Shown piece by piece: positions 1 to 9,930 of a stretch of DNA of 64,000 nt; positions within the stretch are counted from its first letter, which is position 1; every line of letters begins with the position of its first letter. Source of the stretch: a virus; IMG/VR virus record IMGVR_UViG_3300021591_000018, positions 12,754-76,753 of that record; one strand, 5' to 3'. The translations under genes and the position numbers were made by a program. The notes beneath the pieces were generated by a model that worked only from the letters and a program-made list of their open reading frames with translations, ran no database searches and was not told the DNA's origin.

Positions 1-159
1 CTCGGAGATATGTTCACTCCACATCCGAATGTCTGTTTACTTGAGCATATCAAGATTAATGCAATTCTTTCAGAACTTAATGAGATAGGAGTTCTCTCGT
101 ACCTAACTAAGTTTATTCGAACCGAGAAGCAAAAAGCGATCGAGGGGTGGATAAAGTGA
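1..159 (+). CDS. Hypothetical protein, 5'-truncated by the window edge
   Basis: Frame 1 is open from base 1 to TGA at 157-159 and overlaps the start of the next ORF. Confidence 0.5.
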   Translation, partial: LGDMFTPHPNVCLLEHIKINAILSELNEIGVLSYLTKFIRTEKQKAIEGWIK

Positions 160-650
160 GTTTTGAAGAGACGAAAGCAGTTCTCGAACGCGAACTTCGT
201 TCTGAGCGATTGAAAGTCTATTTTGGCAAGAGAGTGCTGGACGACATCCATCGACTTGTCTCTCTGATGCTGCGCGACGTTACAAACCTGATGGCTGACA
301 AGCAGGTCTCAGTAGATGATAAAACGATCGAAGACCTTAACAGAGTTTTGGACGCGATGATCGACGTCGTTTCAATCATACCTCTGGATGAGAGGGTCAC
401 AGACTTTTGTCAGAATTTCGCTCGTCTAGCATATAACTGGAACCAAAATCTACGACGAGATCGCTCAATCGAGAGAAAAACAAGGGTTCTCGATAGACTG
501 CTACGTCAGCACTTGACGATCGTCGAAGCAACGAATGTCTTAAGGAGGCTTACTCGGCGGCTTGAGAGGTTCCTCGACTACTCTCCACCTGCCTTTCGTC
601 TTGCACGACACTTTCTTGAGAGCGTCTTTGAAGAGCAGCAACCTCCCTGA
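147..650 (+). CDS. Hypothetical alpha-helical protein
   Basis: 167-aa ORF coupled to the upstream ORF; no recognisable motif. Confidence 0.6.
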   Translation: MDKVSFEETKAVLERELRSERLKVYFGKRVLDDIHRLVSLMLRDVTNLMADKQVSVDDKTIEDLNRVLDAMIDVVSIIPLDERVTDFCQNFARLAYNWNQNLRRDRSIERKTRVLDRLLRQHLTIVEATNVLRRLTRRLERFLDYSPPAFRLARHFLESVFEEQQPP

Positions 651-912
651 TCAATTCGTCTAGTGCCTCACCGACATCTACTGCCATCGCCATGAGCATC
701 TGCCATCGACGCTGAAGTCGAGCTGCCTTCTGAATCAGACTCTGAAGCTCACTCATTGCTCTTCCTCCTTAGAAGGTACCCTACAGCTGCTCCGAGAGAG
801 AAATTTATCAAATTTGTATTCCTAGTGTAAAAAGCGTACGCTACACTTGCTAAGATAACGACAGCAGCAACGACATTCGCTATCGTTGTCTTCGAGATAA
901 GTTCACGGAAGC

Positions 913-1209
913 TCATGGTCTCACCTTCCGTTTGCGTAACAGTTCGTCGAGTGTCTTCAGCTTCTGCTTCCTAGCTTCACGCTCTTGTTTGCGTTGCTGA
1001 TCGGCCGCTAGCAACTTTATTCTCTCCTTGACTCTTGCCTTCGCCCAATCGTCAAATGTTCCGTCGTCCAGCATGGACCTGAGGTCGTCTTCTTTTACGC
1101 TGACAGCAAAGCCGTCCCGTCCACCTTTCTCTTCGAAGAGTAGTGTCACAGTGCCCTCTCCGACTTCATGTATTCGAATCTTGTACTCGTAGTCGTTGAA
1201 CTCACTCAT
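913..1209 (-). CDS. Hypothetical protein
   Basis: 98-aa ORF overlapping the HD gene stop, with a GGAGGTGA-type RBS upstream. Confidence 0.6.
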   Translation of the reverse strand: MSEFNDYEYKIRIHEVGEGTVTLLFEEKGGRDGFAVSVKEDDLRSMLDDGTFDDWAKARVKERIKLLAADQQRKQEREARKQKLKTLDELLRKRKVRP

Positions 1210-1735
1210 CTATTCTCACCTCCAACACCTCTAACCGAGAAGAAAGAAGGTCAGCAAAGTGGATGATAGCCGAGAGTAAGTCATTCGGATAGACGGATGA
1301 CCTTGACCATCCTCCCATGTGACTTAAGATTGCTCGTGCAATGTAAGTTGGCAGAACGTAGCCGGTTTCCTCTTGGAACATCTGAAGTCCACTTACCTCG
1401 TGACTCGCCCAACGGAATGGGTTGTCCTCGAACTTACCGTCAACTTCGACGTAGTCCTGAAGTTTACCAACGTCATGGAGTAGAGCTGCCACAATGACGT
1501 TCTCCAAATCTATGTAACCTACGATATGTGCGATCTTGACTGCCAGTTCAACGACGTTCAACGTATGGTCAAGTAATCCTCCACGATAGTTACAGTGGTG
1601 ATACAGACTCGCTGGATAGTTCTCGAATTCCCTACGATGTCGATCGAAGAACTTTTCTAGGGCTTCTCGGAGACGTCTGTTCCGTACCTTTTGAATCCAT
1701 CGCCGCAACTCGTTCCAACGGTTCAACTGTCGCAC
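1202..1735 (-). CDS. HD-domain phosphohydrolase (YhaM-like HD domain)
   Basis: Motifs HH..Y.GGLLDHTLNV, ALLHDVGK, ILSHMG and HFADLLS. Confidence 0.85.
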   Translation of the reverse strand: MRQLNRWNELRRWIQKVRNRRLREALEKFFDRHRREFENYPASLYHHCNYRGGLLDHTLNVVELAVKIAHIVGYIDLENVIVAALLHDVGKLQDYVEVDGKFEDNPFRWASHEVSGLQMFQEETGYVLPTYIARAILSHMGGWSRSSVYPNDLLSAIIHFADLLSSRLEVLEVRIDE

Positions 1736-2025
1736 CCCTGTCGTACGTCTGTCGTACGATTGTCATATGATTTTCTTAAGATAATCTCCAAATGAGCACG
1801 TAATGTTCGAAAATCTGACAACGTAAGTAACACATATCCAACGTAACAGATGATAAATCCATAGTAGCCATGATGAAGAAATGGAGTACCTAAAGTTCCA
1901 CTCCAGATAGGACTACTGATGATACTGTGACTTGCAAGCTTCCATGCAAACTCGAAGTACTGCCAGAAAGCTGCCCAGAAACCAACGTTGAAGAGGACGT
2001 GCTTCCAGAGCCTCATAGTGATCAC
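1723..2025 (-). CDS. Small membrane protein
   Basis: Two hydrophobic/aromatic segments. Confidence 0.5.
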   Translation of the reverse strand: MITMRLWKHVLFNVGFWAAFWQYFEFAWKLASHSIISSPIWSGTLGTPFLHHGYYGFIICYVGYVLLTLSDFRTLRAHLEIILRKSYDNRTTDVRQGCDS

Positions 2026-2322
2026 TCACAGAACTGGACTGTACTTCTCGACTTTTGCCAAGTAGACCTTGTACTCTTCAGGTAACAACTTGACCAACTT
2101 GTTATAGTAGTCCTCTGCTTCCTCTCTACTTGTGAAGACTCTGAACCAGTTGATCGTCGAGACCTCGTCCTTGATCTCAACTGCCACGATCCAGAGTCCA
2201 GGTACATCAACGTTTATAGTTATCTCGTATGGTGCTGTCGCATCATTGTTCACGACGATGTCAGTGTCGACTGCTGTCGAGTCACTTTGCTTCAGGTACG
2301 GTATGTTAGCCAACTCTCTCAC
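2026..2322 (-). CDS. Hypothetical protein
   Basis: 98-aa ORF abutting its neighbours, with a GAGGTGA RBS. Confidence 0.5.
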   Translation of the reverse strand: MRELANIPYLKQSDSTAVDTDIVVNNDATAPYEITINVDVPGLWIVAVEIKDEVSTINWFRVFTSREEAEDYYNKLVKLLPEEYKVYLAKVEKYSPVL

Positions 2323-2521
2323 CTCGCTTCCTTCGTATCAGCTCCTCGAGATCACGTCGACACTCGTTACAGCACTGTAGCAATAAACTAACAGCGAAAT
2401 CGTTTGATACGTAGTCTCGCCATGACCAAATTACTCGTCCACAGATTGGGCAGACTCTCCACGGCATACTTTCACCTCCCACCACTTCGGTTTCGCAACG
2501 AACAAGACGAACGACGGTCTC

Positions 2522-3178
2522 TCAACACATCGTAACATCAACAGATTCCCGATTTCTGTTACGACTTGAAACTTCCGATCGGGAAGGTCCCTTAGCTTTA
2601 CAATAACTAATTTCGAGTTTGATCCATCCGATGTCCGTCTTGACGAGGAAGGCTGGCACTCCATCTTGAGCACGCTCAAGCATACGCTTTAATCGTTTAC
2701 GACTAACTCTGAAGACTTTTGCTCCTTTAACATCGATGAAGAAACGTTGTCCGTCTTTTACTGCAACCAAATCGAACACATCAGACGGATTCGGTACAAG
2801 CGATACTTCAAACCCCAACCTGTGAAGAAATGCAAGTGCCTCAAGTTCGGTTTTCGTCCACGGTGTCTGTAGATTCCTCATATGCTTAAGTTTGTATCGA
2901 CGTCTAAGAGAGGTAATCGACTCAACCGTAACACCGAAGAGATCCGCTATCTTTGCATAAGGGACACCATGTTTCATTAGGTGTTCAACTAGTTGAATCT
3001 CCGTCCTTGTCCATCGCTTACGGAACCGTATTCCGAGTGCACGGTAATACTTTCGAACTGCAGACGGAGTGATTCTCAGTTCGTTTGCAATCTTACAGAC
3101 GGTTGCACCTTCACGTAGACGTTGAACAACGTACTCAGCTCGTTTCCTACCGTACTCAGTCGTTGCTGTGATGGGCAA
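2522..3178 (-). CDS. HTH-repeat protein with a C-terminal PD-(D/E)XK (Hjc-like) endonuclease domain
   Basis: Two HTH-like segments (KIANELRIT..AVR; KIADLFGVT..SI), then FDLVAVKDGQRFFIDVK. Confidence 0.6.
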   Translation of the reverse strand: MPITATTEYGRKRAEYVVQRLREGATVCKIANELRITPSAVRKYYRALGIRFRKRWTRTEIQLVEHLMKHGVPYAKIADLFGVTVESITSLRRRYKLKHMRNLQTPWTKTELEALAFLHRLGFEVSLVPNPSDVFDLVAVKDGQRFFIDVKGAKVFRVSRKRLKRMLERAQDGVPAFLVKTDIGWIKLEISYCKAKGPSRSEVSSRNRNRESVDVTMC

Positions 3179-3180
3179 AG

Positions 3181-4158
3181 CTAGTCCTCCGTTAGGACAA
3201 CTACCTTACCTACACTTTCTATATTACTTGTCTTGCAGAAGATCGTGTGTGTTTCAGACCCAGCGAAGAGCAGTCCAAGGAAGATTGGCTTCGACGTGTC
3301 AGTAACAATCGCACTGCTGCTGTCACCTCCAGCTGAGAAGCCCCTCTTCTCGATAATAGCACAGTCCTCGAAGTGAACTACTCCTCGGCTGTATTGAATA
3401 TCTCCAGACCACGTCGTCCCTATGACTGATCCTTCTCTCGTGTGGTTAGTAGTTCGTCCAAATTTTTGACAGACGTCCCCAATCATTGGGTCGCGCTTAC
3501 CGTAAACCTTACCGATCTTATAGATTTCAGTCTTTACCTCAACGGTTGGCTGGATGATCGCTAAGTCGACTACGTTGTGTGGGTAACCAATCCACTCCCG
3601 AATCTTGTTCCTTAGACCGAAGAAGCTCCTGAATGGGCAGTTGTAGGCTCCGAAGTTGATCGGGACGTAACGCTTCAGATAGCCTATCGCATCACGAGGG
3701 TTCTTTCCTCCATCGTACGGGCTAGGTTGAAGGTACGGATCTCCTATCTTCGCTTTGTTCTCCTGTGCTCCACAGTGGTTGTTGCAGAGGATCACGAGCC
3801 TCTCATCCTCCTTGTCGATTGCAAACCATCCAAGCGTACACGCAGTACCCTTGTAGTGTATAGCTGAGATTCCAGCTACGACTGGTCTGACTCTGCTTCG
3901 CCATCCCTCGGCTTGAAAGGAAAGAGGTCGGATCGGGCCTGTCTCGACGACGTCGACAGGAATTCCCTCGAACTCCTCTGGGATGAGGTCGCGTTTACTG
4001 AGTGCCTCGACTGGCTCCTTCTTCGTTACGTAGACTCTCAGGACCTGCTCCTTTGGGTAGTACTTACCTCCTCTCTTTCTTGGGACGAGGCTCTTTTCGA
4101 TGCTGTGGACGTTTTTCTTCTTCCTTACACATTTCCACAGACGGTCGTACACGCTCAT
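3181..4158 (-). CDS. Trypsin-like (chymotrypsin-fold) serine protease
   Basis: Candidate triad motifs LCNNHC, VDLAII and SAGGDSSS; also CTLGWF and LGLLFAGS. Confidence 0.75.
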   Translation of the reverse strand: MSVYDRLWKCVRKKKNVHSIEKSLVPRKRGGKYYPKEQVLRVYVTKKEPVEALSKRDLIPEEFEGIPVDVVETGPIRPLSFQAEGWRSRVRPVVAGISAIHYKGTACTLGWFAIDKEDERLVILCNNHCGAQENKAKIGDPYLQPSPYDGGKNPRDAIGYLKRYVPINFGAYNCPFRSFFGLRNKIREWIGYPHNVVDLAIIQPTVEVKTEIYKIGKVYGKRDPMIGDVCQKFGRTTNHTREGSVIGTTWSGDIQYSRGVVHFEDCAIIEKRGFSAGGDSSSAIVTDTSKPIFLGLLFAGSETHTIFCKTSNIESVGKVVVLTED

Positions 4159-4605
4159 CTCTCATCACTCCGAGTGCTTCAAGTAAACACTCATACCGGT
4201 TAATGCCCTTTCGAATGTACGACAATGCAAGTTCGTAGTCAGCTGGGAAGACAAGTGCGTCTGTCAACTTATTCAAAGCTGTATTGTAGAGATAGATCGC
4301 ACAGTTCTCAACTTCGGCTAGATAGGCGTAGATCTGTGTCTGGATCGTTGCGTAGTCGATACAGTAAGTTCGTTCCTCCTCTGTACGGTACGTCTTGAGG
4401 TCACCAACAACGTCCTCCTTCAGTAAGTCAGGAATGCCGATGATCTTCCAGTTGTCAACTATCTTCGAAACCGACACACGATTCGTAAAACCGAGTTCCT
4501 CGTGGATACGCTTTCCAAGTCCTGATCCACGCATCTGACGTGGGAACAGCACCTTGAGCGGGTCAAGTAACAGCACGACGATTTTCGTTACGCCAAGTGT
4601 ACCTT
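4064..4605 (-). CDS. PD-(D/E)XK nuclease (Cas4/RecB-like, no Fe-S cysteines); start uncertain
   Basis: GKRIHE, GIPDLL, DLKT and QTQIYAY motifs; the N-terminal ORF extension overlaps queC. Confidence 0.65.
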
Positions 4606-5288
4606 TAATCGAGGTACTCCGTTGGATCGATGACTCCAGCTTCTCGGAAGGCTCGTTTCCGTTCTCGACATGAACTACAGACACCACAGTGCTTCTCACC
4701 TCCTTTGTAACAGCTCCATGTCAACTCGTATGGGACATCTAAATATGCACCTAGTCGCACAATGTCAGACTTGTACTTCGAGACGAATGGTACCAATACC
4801 TTGAAGTCCGGATCGTCGAGTGCCAACTTTAACGTCTGTTCTAATGCGTTTACGAATTCTGCACGACAGTCAGGATAAACGCCTCTGTCGCTGTAGTGTG
4901 CAGCATACGCTACTGCTTTGGCACCAATCGACTGTGCGATACCAGCAGCGATCGATAGTAAGATCATGTTGCGATTCGGTACGACTGTCACTGCCAACGT
5001 ATCGTAGTGCTCAGCAGTCTCAGGAACTTCAGGTACGTTGATACTCGGTGTTGTTAGTGCAGAACGCAACCACTTTCCAAGCTCAGGTAACTCAACGTAC
5101 AGCCAGTCGACACCTAACGAATGTGCGATCTTCCTTGCTGCATGAACTTCCTTACTGTGTCTCTGGCCGTAGTTGATGGTCAGTGCGGTTACGTCGAAGT
5201 CCAATTCCTTCTTGAGGTAGTATAGCAACGTGCTGCTGTCAATCCCGCCAGACAGCAGCGAAATGACTTTCAACTTATTCGCCTCCAT
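4605..5288 (-). CDS. queC: 7-cyano-7-deazaguanine (preQ0) synthase
   Basis: LSGGIDS, YGQRH, VPNRNMILLS, YPDCR and SCY..G..HCGVCSSC. Start is ATG 5288 or TTG 5273. Confidence 0.95.
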   Translation of the reverse strand: MEANKLKVISLLSGGIDSSTLLYYLKKELDFDVTALTINYGQRHSKEVHAARKIAHSLGVDWLYVELPELGKWLRSALTTPSINVPEVPETAEHYDTLAVTVVPNRNMILLSIAAGIAQSIGAKAVAYAAHYSDRGVYPDCRAEFVNALEQTLKLALDDPDFKVLVPFVSKYKSDIVRLGAYLDVPYELTWSCYKGGEKHCGVCSSCRERKRAFREAGVIDPTEYLD

Positions 5289-5859
5289 AGTGCTTCTTCC
5301 GTAAGTTGAAGAACTCCTCACGTGCAGCTGGATTCCAGAGGAACACACCCCGACAAGCTGAACAAACGTACGGTCTTGGTTGGAAGCCTTCGACCATCTT
5401 GCAGGTGTGGACTGCTGACGAGACGACTATCACACCGTACGGCTTTGCGGCTTCCCAGAGTTCATCTGCAATCTGTGCAGTCATTCGCTCCTGTATCTGG
5501 AAGCGTAGTGCGTACTTCTCGACCAGTTGGTCGAGCTTCGACAAACCGACGACTCTCTCCTTTGGTATGTAGCCGATGTCAACGGTACCGTAGAAAGGCA
5601 TGAAGTGATGTTCGCACAACGTTGTAAATGGGATCCCAAATTCAGCTACAAGGTCAGCCTTACCCTCGTATTGTCTCCAGAGTTTCACCTCACGATTGTA
5701 GCCCTCCGTGAAACGCAGCCACGTTGTCGCAATTCGTATCGGTGTTCTACGTAAGTCCTCAGACTCTGGATCCAGTCCTAGTATCTCGATTATCTCCTTG
5801 ATGTGTTCTGCGATCTTCTTGGCTCTCTCATCCTCTTCATACGGTTCCAACAGACTCAT
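5275..5859 (-). CDS. folE: GTP cyclohydrolase I
   Basis: TPIRIA, LCEHHFMPF.G, VGLSKL, QIQERMT.QIA and HTC. Confidence 0.95.
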   Translation of the reverse strand: MSLLEPYEEDERAKKIAEHIKEIIEILGLDPESEDLRRTPIRIATTWLRFTEGYNREVKLWRQYEGKADLVAEFGIPFTTLCEHHFMPFYGTVDIGYIPKERVVGLSKLDQLVEKYALRFQIQERMTAQIADELWEAAKPYGVIVVSSAVHTCKMVEGFQPRPYVCSACRGVFLWNPAAREEFFNLRKKHYGGE

Positions 5860-6548
5860 TTTCCAGGTTCACCTCCCCAGATTAGATAGTGCAATTGAGG
5901 CAATATTCGCACATCATACTCAGGAAGATAGGAAGTTGACCATTCGAACAACTTCTCGAGGAACTTCATATAGCCGAATTCTGAGGCAGTCTTCGATTCA
6001 GGTTGTAATACAACCGTTACAGCACTTTCAAGTTCATATAGGATGTCTCTAACTTCCCAAAGATCTGCTGGACGAGTTATGACGAACTTCAAGTAGGACT
6101 CATTTCCATAGAGTTCAGATTGCTCAACAATATAGTTCAATACGTCCATCTTAACTGCATCGGGAATGCCTGAGTTTTTGAGTTTTGGCGACACACTCCA
6201 AACGTCAACCACCTCTAACAACCCATCGGATGGCTTAATCGTACCATTCGTCTCTACCATCAATGGAAAGAAGTCTGTCTTGTTTAGGAACTCTGTGAGT
6301 TCCTCGTGATCCTGGAGGAGTGGTTCACCTCCAGTCAGAACGAGTGCATCCTCCTCGAGCCCTTGTACTGATACCACCCGGTAAAGTTTATCGACCGTGA
6401 TGTCATGTCCTCCAGCCCATGCGTACTTCGAGTCGCACCACTTACAGCGCAAATTACATCCAGCAAACCGTACGAAGACTGACGGTTTGCCAATGTACAA
6501 GCCCTCGCCCTGGATGCTACGGAAGATCTCAACTACCTTCAAAGCCAT
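5856..6548 (-). CDS. queE: 7-carboxy-7-deazaguanine synthase (radical SAM)
   Basis: SIQGEG, CNLRCKWCD (CxxxCxxC), TGGEPLLQ, ETNGT, SPKL and PQLH. Confidence 0.95.
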   Translation of the reverse strand: MALKVVEIFRSIQGEGLYIGKPSVFVRFAGCNLRCKWCDSKYAWAGGHDITVDKLYRVVSVQGLEEDALVLTGGEPLLQDHEELTEFLNKTDFFPLMVETNGTIKPSDGLLEVVDVWSVSPKLKNSGIPDAVKMDVLNYIVEQSELYGNESYLKFVITRPADLWEVRDILYELESAVTVVLQPESKTASEFGYMKFLEKLFEWSTSYLPEYDVRILPQLHYLIWGGEPGK

Positions 6549-6967
6549 CGCACAGTCACCCCTTGAGTTGGACCTTCTGATATCGAGATCGCGGACACGA
6601 CTTCATATCCAACTGCTCCATCGATTGCAAGTTTGATCTCCTGTGCAAGCCCCTCGACGGTTGTGTAACGGACCGGTTTGAGATTGTCGACAAGCGGTTT
6701 CGCTTGCGTACGACTTTCATATATTAATCTCTGAAAGAGCTCCATATAGTCTTCAGGTATCAGTAACTTATGATCGAAGTTCTCCTTTATTGCTTTCTTC
6801 ACGATTCCAAAGTCAACTGACATACCGATTTCGTCCAACCTATCGACAACCAACTCAACAGTAACGAAGTACGTATGTCCATGTATACCTCCACATTTCG
6901 GATGCCCTGGAATAAAGTGAGCTGCTTCGAATGTCGTCTCAACAGTCAATCTCATACGAGGTTCCAT
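6539..6967 (-). CDS. queD: 6-carboxy-5,6,7,8-tetrahydropterin synthase
   Basis: FEAAH, C..IHGHTY, DFG.VK, FDH and TTVE.LA. Confidence 0.9.
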   Translation of the reverse strand: MEPRMRLTVETTFEAAHFIPGHPKCGGIHGHTYFVTVELVVDRLDEIGMSVDFGIVKKAIKENFDHKLLIPEDYMELFQRLIYESRTQAKPLVDNLKPVRYTTVEGLAQEIKLAIDGAVGYEVVSAISISEGPTQGVTVRWL

Positions 6968-7293
6968 TCCTCAACTACCTCTCGGAAGATCTTACTCAAC
7001 ACCCACTGTTGTAATCCTTTCTTTCGACACAGTACCAGTAAGTTTTTGTCACCTAACGTATGTAGCTGTATCCTCAATGGCTGTACACCTCGATTCGTAA
7101 GTTCACTCATGATAAACGGATTTATTGGTAACCCAAGTCGATCGAGAGCAATACAATACCGTAGGACTTCAATCGTCCGTTTCTTCAAATGACGAAAGCC
7201 CTTCTTTCGTAATGCAAGGAATAGAAGCTGAGGATCAATTCGCTCAGCTAAGTCACGCACCATTTGAAGTACTTCCTCGACGTTCATACTCAT
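6952..7293 (-). CDS. Putative winged-helix protein
   Basis: Weak wHTH-like pattern; coupled to the MCM-like gene. Confidence 0.4.
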   Translation of the reverse strand: MSMNVEEVLQMVRDLAERIDPQLLFLALRKKGFRHLKKRTIEVLRYCIALDRLGLPINPFIMSELTNRGVQPLRIQLHTLGDKNLLVLCRKKGLQQWVLSKIFREVVEEWNLV

Positions 7294-8431
7294 GCTTCAC
7301 ACTCTCCAGGACAGTTGGATGAAGTTTTACAGTTGCACCATCGGTATGGATGAGATGTAACCGATGCATATCGTAGATTAGTTGAGTGGCCTGATCCCAA
7401 TCCATTCCGAAAAGCAATAACCTCTCCTTAAGTTCGACAACACTCATTGGTCCATCTACTAGTAGTGCGATTACCTCAGCAAACTCAGCACCTCTACGGA
7501 TCTGACGTCTGAAATTGTATCCGTCAATAACCAATCGTTCGGATTCCTTATCGAGGGTAATCTTCAACGTCTTTCCAACTCGACCTTTCATTACGGTGTA
7601 GCCGATCAACAATCGCTCGAATAACGGCTCCTCGTAGTGCACCATACCGAGATCGTCAAACAACCTGAAGACAACCTCATCGAATGTAATATCGTCAATC
7701 TGTTCGAGTTTCTGTATGAGTTGACGTACACCACGACGTATGCGATCCGTACGAATTGGATTGTATCGTTTACCTTTAGCTTTGCGTCTTGCTATCTTTA
7801 ATCTCTGAAAGTCCTTCATTGTCGGTATGAATTGTAGGAAGAAGAATCGTCGACCTAAACCAGATGTTAAGTCGTATCGTGCTGGCTGAACTCCAGTCTG
7901 CAATGTGACATTCGTTTGGTATTTCAACTCACCAGCCGCAAGTCGCTTATAGCAGTAACCAGAATCTAAAGCACCAAGCAAGGCAACATCGAGTGTCCTT
8001 GCGTACTGTTGTTTCATGATCTCCGTCAAACCAGAAAACTCCTCGATTCCAAGAATAGCTTTACTGTAGATAAGTGCCGCTCCAGGGACTGTAATCGGTT
8101 CATGATCAACAAATCTTACAGTTCCAACGAACCCAGCTTCGGTTAACGTCCCCTCGAACCCGATGTCAATACCGCTATTGTAGAAGATTGCCTGTTCTCC
8201 TCTGAGAAATTGCTCAAGCCAGTAAGTCTTTGAGAACCCAGGCGGTGCAACCATGAGCAAGTGAATCCGTGTGTCCACGACTCTTCCAGCCTCCACGTAG
8301 ACGTATCGGCGTTTGTTCATCAGGTTAAAGATGTGTGCACCAGCAGAACAGATGTAAAATGGTGCGAAATCTCGAACATACGCACAACCGCGAGCCTCCA
8401 GTTCCTGGATGATCAACTCGTAGAGGTCCAA
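7253..8431 (-). CDS. MCM-like AAA+ ATPase/helicase lacking the N-terminal OB/Zn region
   Basis: IHLLMVAPPGFSKT (Walker A variant), TEAGFVGTV, PGAA and ILGIEEF (Walker B) match the MCM box; RRF is a candidate arginine finger. Confidence 0.65.
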   Translation of the reverse strand: MDLYELIIQELEARGCAYVRDFAPFYICSAGAHIFNLMNKRRYVYVEAGRVVDTRIHLLMVAPPGFSKTYWLEQFLRGEQAIFYNSGIDIGFEGTLTEAGFVGTVRFVDHEPITVPGAALIYSKAILGIEEFSGLTEIMKQQYARTLDVALLGALDSGYCYKRLAAGELKYQTNVTLQTGVQPARYDLTSGLGRRFFFLQFIPTMKDFQRLKIARRKAKGKRYNPIRTDRIRRGVRQLIQKLEQIDDITFDEVVFRLFDDLGMVHYEEPLFERLLIGYTVMKGRVGKTLKITLDKESERLVIDGYNFRRQIRRGAEFAEVIALLVDGPMSVVELKERLLLFGMDWDQATQLIYDMHRLHLIHTDGATVKLHPTVLESVKHEYERRGSTSNGA

Positions 8432-8452
8432 GCTGCTTCCGACTCCACTGAC

Positions 8453-9148
8453 TCATTGATCCTTACCTAGTAACATCTTTATTCGTGCAAGCGTGATCGG
8501 TCCAATTCCATCGACTGACAACAATTCACGATCGTTTGCCGTAAGAATGTTGTACAGACCACCAAACTTCTCGAATAGTCGTTCAGCAACCTTCGGACTG
8601 ACCCTCAAGACATTTGCAATATGTGCAATTCGACGATCCTTATGGACACGTCTAAACGACGGACGGTGAGGGACACCCAACTTTCCCTCGGAGATTTTCT
8701 CTTCAATTTTGGTTATTGACCGTAACATCAAGACATTCGATTCAAACTGAAGGACGGTTACACCGTATCGTACGACTGATGATGCAATTGCACCACAGAT
8801 TGCATTGAGATTCACCTCAAATCCGTACGACTCGACTTGACGGATAAGGTTTGAAAACAACCCAACAATACAGAGGAATGGAATCTTGTCGACTGTTTCA
8901 GCATAGTCTGAAAGCTCTCTCAACTGGTCAAATAGACGTCCTCCGAGACGGACTGAATCACCACGGATTGACTGAAGAAAATCGTTAACGGTCTTCCTTT
9001 CAAAGATGCAGTGATCAGTTTCATAATCCCCAACATCAAGCTTACGGACAACGTAATCAATCTTAAGAGTACGTAAAAGTTGTCTTATCTCTCGGGGTTC
9101 TCTACTGTCAACAATTAAGGTCATCATTTTTAAGACACCTGTTAGCAA
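8453..9148 (-). CDS. XPF/ERCC4 structure-specific nuclease with HhH
   Basis: IVDSRE, VGDY, ERKT..DF and a C-terminal VDGIGP HhH motif. Confidence 0.9.
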   Translation of the reverse strand: MLTGVLKMMTLIVDSREPREIRQLLRTLKIDYVVRKLDVGDYETDHCIFERKTVNDFLQSIRGDSVRLGGRLFDQLRELSDYAETVDKIPFLCIVGLFSNLIRQVESYGFEVNLNAICGAIASSVVRYGVTVLQFESNVLMLRSITKIEEKISEGKLGVPHRPSFRRVHKDRRIAHIANVLRVSPKVAERLFEKFGGLYNILTANDRELLSVDGIGPITLARIKMLLGKDQ

Positions 9149-9848
9149 TATTTAAAGTTTTCGTACAATATGACTTTACAGGACAATAGAAACATTGCAG
9201 TGACTCCCTTGGCTCAAACTTCCCTTCCCGTATACCGTTCTGGACTTTCTCAATTAGCCTACGTGTATGGTTGACCGATCGTTCGTTAATCGGTTCGATA
9301 TAGTACTCGCCAGTTTGTGGGTTGATACAGCCTATCTGTTTAATGTTGAATCGACTATTGACCACTAGCACATAGAAGTTAAGTTCACGACGAAGACGAA
9401 CACGATTAAGACTCCCTTGTGAAACTTTATACTCGATCAGGACGTTACCGTCAACTCCTCTGTCAATCCTATCAATGATTCCACAAATACCAAGCTCAGG
9501 ATTCTCCAAACGGATCTCAGTTGCCACTGGATAGTAGTAGTACCATGGATACTGTAGGTTGTCACGGCACTTGAGGTAACGTTTTCTCTCCAGATGGAGG
9601 AAGTTGTAGACAGCTTTCCTCACAAGCTTCGGTTGCTTCAACGCAACTTCTCTTGCCCAGTCGTCGAAGTCTTCCCTTTCGAAGAGACTCGGTCGTACAT
9701 TTTCGAAGAAACGCTGTGCAAATTTGTGAAAGAGTCCACCAACTCTCATTCGAACTGAGACCTCCCACTCAATACAGTCGATAAACATGAGTTTGTAACG
9801 GTAAGGACACTGTAAGTATGTCATAAATCCAGTCTTCGAGATCAACAT
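9108..9848 (-). CDS. Cas4/AddB-like PD-(D/E)XK exonuclease with Fe-S cysteines
   Basis: N-terminal CPY, G.LFH, GIIDRID, IEYK and C-terminal C..CP....C. Confidence 0.85.
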   Translation of the reverse strand: MLISKTGFMTYLQCPYRYKLMFIDCIEWEVSVRMRVGGLFHKFAQRFFENVRPSLFEREDFDDWAREVALKQPKLVRKAVYNFLHLERKRYLKCRDNLQYPWYYYYPVATEIRLENPELGICGIIDRIDRGVDGNVLIEYKVSQGSLNRVRLRRELNFYVLVVNSRFNIKQIGCINPQTGEYYIEPINERSVNHTRRLIEKVQNGIREGKFEPRESLQCFYCPVKSYCTKTLNIANRCLKNDDLNC

Positions 9849-9930
9849 AACACAGCCCCTACAACCGCGATAGCGTAAAGTATCGACAATGCTAGAAACA
9901 CCAGGAATTTCCGAAGTTCATCACTCAACC

